A stretch of DNA of 64,000 nucleotides from a virus (lineage: Duplodnaviria > Caudoviricetes). Made by a program: the position numbers and the translations under genes. The notes beneath the pieces are model-generated. The model made no database searches, was not told the origin of the DNA, and saw only the letters and a list, made by a program, of their open reading frames with translations. Shown here one piece after another: positions 59,637 through 64,000 of this stretch (positions are counted from its first letter, which is position 1; the number at the start of each line of letters is the position of its first letter). The DNA is taken from IMG/VR virus record IMGVR_UViG_2888028904_000001, positions 1 to 64,000 of that record. The stretch is one strand, 5' to 3'.

Positions 59637-60159
59637 CAATCCATTTTATAATATATTTCGAACAGGGATTGAAAATATAAGAAATCAAAGCAAAGATCCT
59701 TTCCATAATAAATTATATTATTCCAATGTGATCAGCTTAATGGAACAGTATTTATCAGGCTTATTTATCAATGAGATTACAAAAAATAGAAAATATCTGA
59801 TTAAATTATCTTCTCATGGGAAATTTAATGCCGATAACCTACCGTTAGTTAAAGCAATAAATCTATCAATGAATGATATTGATAATATTCTTATTGATAA
59901 GATGAAAAATTTAGTCTGGCATCGCTTAAATGATATAGAAGGATACTTTAAACATGTTTTTAATATCAAGTTTAACATCAGTAGAGAATTACTTTCTTTA
60001 TTAGAAACGAGACATGATCTTATTCATAGGAATGGGTTTAATATGGATGGTCAAGAAACACAAATCACAGAAGATAAACTAGTAAATTGTATTAAGGTTG
60101 TTGAAGATTTTATAAATGATATTGATAAAAAGTATAATTCCTTTCTTAACTCTCATTAA
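59626..60159 (+). CDS. HEPN-domain protein
   Basis: YSNVIS.ME.YL helix and RHDLIH (R-X4-H) RNG motif. Confidence 0.75.
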   Translation: MTTNNPFYNIFRTGIENIRNQSKDPFHNKLYYSNVISLMEQYLSGLFINEITKNRKYLIKLSSHGKFNADNLPLVKAINLSMNDIDNILIDKMKNLVWHRLNDIEGYFKHVFNIKFNISRELLSLLETRHDLIHRNGFNMDGQETQITEDKLVNCIKVVEDFINDIDKKYNSFLNSH

Positions 60160-60284
60160 TAAATAATTATTGTATTTAAATACTCACTTTTTATTAATTT
60201 AAGCTAGTATAAAATCTCATTATTAATATAAGCTAAACTAGTGTATTCTATAGTTACTATGATTTCTTTTATTCTGGAGAATTT

Positions 60285-60830
60285 ATGCGAATTTTCGGTG
60301 CCATATTAATAGCCTTGGGATTATTGGCTATTATCTATGCATTAAATATGAGTGTAACAGTAAGAGTTTCATCAGGTTATGGTGAAGTAAATAATATGGG
60401 ATTAATTGCAAGTAAAAATAATACCCTGATGTTAGGATGTTTTATCACATTAATGGGTTTTATTTCATATTGCACAGCTATTATAAAAGAAACTATCGAA
60501 AAGAGTGTTCTAGGTAGCTTTATTCATAACAATAATAAAGTTGAGATAATAGGAAGTAAAAAATCTGAGGGTACTGAAGATAAAGAAGAATATGGAGCAC
60601 CTGAAAAGGTTGATATAAAATCTTTATTAATACCTAAAAAAGATGGTTTTATGATTGATGATGAGTCAATTGCAAAACTTGCACTAAGTATTATTCAGCA
60701 TAATCCTGATGTGAAAAAGGAAAATTTATTTCTACATTGCGAGGAGTTAATAAATAATATTGAATCCTCTTTACCTTCTGAAGTACGAATAACATTTATG
60801 CGACGTATAAAGTATTGGTTAGAAAATTAA
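60285..60830 (+). CDS. Two-TM moron membrane protein
   Basis: TM-VNNMGL-TM N-terminus; terminator at ~60849-60869. Confidence 0.6.
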   Translation: MRIFGAILIALGLLAIIYALNMSVTVRVSSGYGEVNNMGLIASKNNTLMLGCFITLMGFISYCTAIIKETIEKSVLGSFIHNNNKVEIIGSKKSEGTEDKEEYGAPEKVDIKSLLIPKKDGFMIDDESIAKLALSIIQHNPDVKKENLFLHCEELINNIESSLPSEVRITFMRRIKYWLEN

Positions 60831-60881
60831 AAAAATATTGTGATATTGACCCGCTTCGGCGGGTTTTTTATTGGAGCTAAT

Positions 60882-61586
60882 ATGGAACATATTCCTCCTG
60901 AAATGCGAATTAGTGTTACCGAACTCTCCTCCACTGATGCTTCGCTTGAGCTTTACGAATTTGATTTAACTAAAATAGGCGGTATTCGGTACCGCTTTTT
61001 TGATGGACTCAATCAACGTAAAGAGCCGTTAATCTGGCAAGGAAACACCTATGAACCTTACCCCGTGAAAGGCGAAGGATTTTCTTTTAATGGCAAAGGC
61101 CCCTCAGGGCGACCCACTATTACATTGTCGAATTTATTTGGGCTGATTACGGGGATTGCCAGTCAGCTAGATAGTGCAATCGGTGGGCTGGTGGTACGTC
61201 GCATTGTCAGTACTCAATTTTTAGATGCGGTAAATTTTCCTCATGGCAATCCTAATGCCGACCCGTCACAAGAAATTGTGACACGTTGGATCATTGAGCA
61301 GATGACCAGTTTAAATTCAGTAACAGCTACCTTTATGTTGGCGACACCCAGTGAAACAGACGGATTGATGCTTCCTGGTCGCGTGATTTTGTCGGATATC
61401 TGTCCTTGGGGGTATCGTTCTGAAGAGTGCGGATATAAAGGGCCTCCTGTTGCCGATGAATGGGGAAAGCCAACCACCGATCCGTTAAAAGATAAATGCG
61501 GTAAACGTCTTAGTGATTGTAAGTTACGAAAAAACGAGTCGCGTATAGGTGCGTTTGTTTCTACTTCCCGTATTGGTAATAGTTAA
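60882..61586 (+). CDS. Minor tail protein L
   Basis: WQG..Y..YP; C..YR..ECGY.G; D.CGKRL.DC. Confidence 0.92.
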   Translation: MEHIPPEMRISVTELSSTDASLELYEFDLTKIGGIRYRFFDGLNQRKEPLIWQGNTYEPYPVKGEGFSFNGKGPSGRPTITLSNLFGLITGIASQLDSAIGGLVVRRIVSTQFLDAVNFPHGNPNADPSQEIVTRWIIEQMTSLNSVTATFMLATPSETDGLMLPGRVILSDICPWGYRSEECGYKGPPVADEWGKPTTDPLKDKCGKRLSDCKLRKNESRIGAFVSTSRIGNS

Positions 61587-61607
61587 TTCCTTCCTAAGGT
61601 ATTTCTT

Positions 61608-62336
61608 ATGATTGAACAAACAATTTTGGCGCAGGCAAAAGAGCAAGCGCCCTTAGAGGCATGTGGCTTATTGATAAGTACCGCACAGGGTGAGCAGTAT
61701 TTACCTTGCGTTAATCAGCACGCTGATCCGAAAAACCATTTCACGATTTCTTTTGATGATTTTATTCGCGCCGAACAGCAGGGCGAGGTGATCGCGGTTG
61801 TACATAGTCACCCTGACGGCCAACAGTACCTCAGTACATTAGACCGACAACTGCAGGTGAACAGCGCATTGCCGTGGTGGGTGGTCTGTGATGAAAAAAT
61901 TCATCGCTATCAGCCGGTGCCTCATCTGTTAGGTCGCCAATTTGTTCATGGCTCAACAGATTGTTATGGGTTGTTTCGTGATGCTTACCATTTGGCAGGG
62001 CATGAATTGCCTGACTTTGAGCGACATGATAATTGGTGGCGCCAAGGCAAAGAACTGTACCTCGATAATATGGTGAGCACTGGTTTTCGGCAGGTCAAAA
62101 AAGAGGCGCAACCCGGCGATATTATTTTGTGTTGTTATGCCAGCTCTCGCGCCAACCACGCAGGGATCTATTTAGGCAATCAAACGATTTTGCATCACAT
62201 TCCAAACCAACTTAGCAAACGCGAGGAGTATAACGAACGATGGCAACGAATGACGCACTCAATTTGGCGTTACCGCGATTGGCAACCTTCCGACTTTATG
62301 GGAATTTGCAACGATTTGGACGTCGCTTTGATTTAA
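61608..62336 (+). CDS. Tail assembly protein K (JAB + NlpC/P60)
   Basis: EACGL, VHSHP, DCYGL, NHAGIY. Confidence 0.92.
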   Translation: MIEQTILAQAKEQAPLEACGLLISTAQGEQYLPCVNQHADPKNHFTISFDDFIRAEQQGEVIAVVHSHPDGQQYLSTLDRQLQVNSALPWWVVCDEKIHRYQPVPHLLGRQFVHGSTDCYGLFRDAYHLAGHELPDFERHDNWWRQGKELYLDNMVSTGFRQVKKEAQPGDIILCCYASSRANHAGIYLGNQTILHHIPNQLSKREEYNERWQRMTHSIWRYRDWQPSDFMGICNDLDVALI

Positions 62337-62890
62337 ATGTGAATACCGCCTCTGAAGGGCTTCACGCGCTTTTTATTCAAATTCCAGCCTTACGCCTCGC
62401 CATTCGTGATGGTTGGTATCAAGTTCGCATTGCCGGTACCGATATTTCCCCGCAAGAAATTAACCAAAAATTCAATGAAGCCTTACCGGATAATGCGGTC
62501 GTCCATATTGTGCCGAAATTATCAGGCGCTAAAAACGTCGGTGTTTTTCAGTTTGTTGCGGGTGCGGCCTTATTTTCATTGGGATGGTGGGGACCTGCGT
62601 GGATCTCCGCAACCGTTGCCACGTCTTTGATGGCAGGTGGTGCAGCCATGATGATTGGTGGTGTCGCTCAAATGCTGATCCCCGCGCCTAAACCGCCTAA
62701 TTTATCTCGTGGTGATGAAGAAAAAGGCAATACCTATTTTAGTAATCTTGATAACGCGGTTGCACAAGGGATGCCGGTGCCCATTGCGTATGGTGAAATT
62801 ATGTGTGGTTCACGCGTCATTTCACAATCGGTTGAGATTATGGATGACAGTGACGGCGAAGATATCGATGCCGGTAAACACGGTGGATAA
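62240..62890 (+). CDS. Tail assembly protein I
   Basis: LYG.L.RFGRR, AQG.PVP.AYGE..GSRVISQ. Confidence 0.92.
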   Translation: MATNDALNLALPRLATFRLYGNLQRFGRRFDLNVNTASEGLHALFIQIPALRLAIRDGWYQVRIAGTDISPQEINQKFNEALPDNAVVHIVPKLSGAKNVGVFQFVAGAALFSLGWWGPAWISATVATSLMAGGAAMMIGGVAQMLIPAPKPPNLSRGDEEKGNTYFSNLDNAVAQGMPVPIAYGEIMCGSRVISQSVEIMDDSDGEDIDAGKHGG

Positions 62891-62904
62891 GAGGAGTTCG
62901 TATC

Positions 62905-64000
62905 ATGGGTAAGGGTGGTGGTGGTCAAAAAACACCGTATGAGGCACCAAACGATTTAACATCACGTCAAAAAGCCTCATTAATTGATTTAATCAGCGAG
63001 GGGCCGATTGAAGGCCCTATTCATATTCAAGGCTCGATGGATGATTTAGGGTGTATTTACTTGGATGATACGCCTGTGGTAGACGGCTCTGGTAATAGCA
63101 CCATTAATGGGATGTATGCACAATGGCGGGCGGGTACATTAGAGCAACCAGCAATGAGTGGGTTTACGGCGTCTGCGAATGAAGTGCCGGTGGGGATTGA
63201 GGTTAAATATAATTCCCCCGTTACTCGTACCATCACCTCGCCTAATATTGACCGTTTACGCCTAACCTTTGGTACACAAGCTTTGGTTGAAACCAAAGAT
63301 AATGGTGATCGCGTACCGACTTCTGTTCAATTGCAAATCCAAATCCAGCGCAAAGGGGCTTGGATAACAGAGAAAAATGTCACAATTAATGGCAAGCGCT
63401 CTAACTCACCTTATTTAATGGCCGTTGTGTTGGATGATTTACCGCCCGTTCCGTTTAGTATACGCATGATCCGTATCACTCAGGACAGCACTTCTGACAA
63501 AATTCAAAATAATACCGTTTGGTCGAGTTATTCTGAGTTAGTGGATATCTCACAAACCTATCCGAGTTCTGCCGTTGCAGGATTGATGTTTGATAGTGAG
63601 CAGTTTGGCAATAAGTTTCCACGCCGTAATTACCTTATCAAAGGTCGCATTATTCAGGTACCCAGTAATTATGATCCAGATAAACGGATTTATTCGGGGA
63701 TTTGGGATGGCACCTTTAAACCCGCATTTACCAATAGTCCTGCATGGATATTATGGGATTTATTAACCCATCCGCGTTATGGCATGGGGAAACGCCTCAA
63801 TATCAGTGAAGTTGATAAATTCGCCCTGTATGCAATCGGTCGTTATTGTGATGGGCGATATGTGTGCCATGATGCGCATTATGCCGGTCTGGAATGGGCG
63901 AACATTAACCTTTATTCAAGATAGACCGTCTGATGTGGTATGGCCATATACCAACGCTAATGTGATTGAGGGTAATTTCCAATACAGCTTTAGTGCATTA
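62905..64000 (+). pseudogene. Host-specificity protein J with internal deletion/frameshift at ~63850
   Basis: J N-terminus to YAIGRYCD, then another frame resumes as VMGDMCAMMRIMPVWNGRTLTFIQDRP. Confidence 0.85.

Larger units (their letters stand above)
42884..64000. mobile_element. Defective lambdoid prophage 2 (extends past window)
   Basis: int-xis-cI-rep-Q-lysis-cos-terS-terL'::TMP-M-L-K-I-J'. Confidence 0.92.

Noticed and set aside
55029-64000. Prophage 2 as an F-type tailocin
   Set aside because: Tail tube and chaperone genes are deleted, the TMP N-terminus is lost and J is frameshifted

Overview
AT-rich enterobacterial chromosome (Morganellaceae/Proteus-like, by inference) holding two lambdoid prophages in tandem at the 3' end of icd. 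Prophage 1 (1 to ~42430; its left att lies outside the window) looks largely intact. It has int/xis, cI/cro with six 16-bp operators, replication and Q genes, lysis genes, an HK97-type head and a siphovirus tail, and ends in a duplicated 165-bp icd 3' end. Its ~8 kb cargo block between Q and the holin carries a RexAB-like gene pair, an IS200, csp plus an unannotated ymcF-like ORF, a small heat-shock gene, a PLD-like gene between degenerate palindromic repeats, two HNH-type genes, and a Fur-boxed RyhB-like sRNA absent from the ORF track. The right end carries a RelA/SpoT (toxSAS-like) gene pair and a PIN-like gene among IS3 remnants. Prophage 2 (~42880 to beyond 64000) is a decayed paralogous element. 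It has no cro or holin, XRE/XRE/Ner regulators, an Hcp-effector island where the holin should be, an in-frame terminase::tape-measure fusion that removed the head and tail-tube genes, and a deleted, frameshifted J gene. All family calls come from motif recognition by eye; no searches were run.
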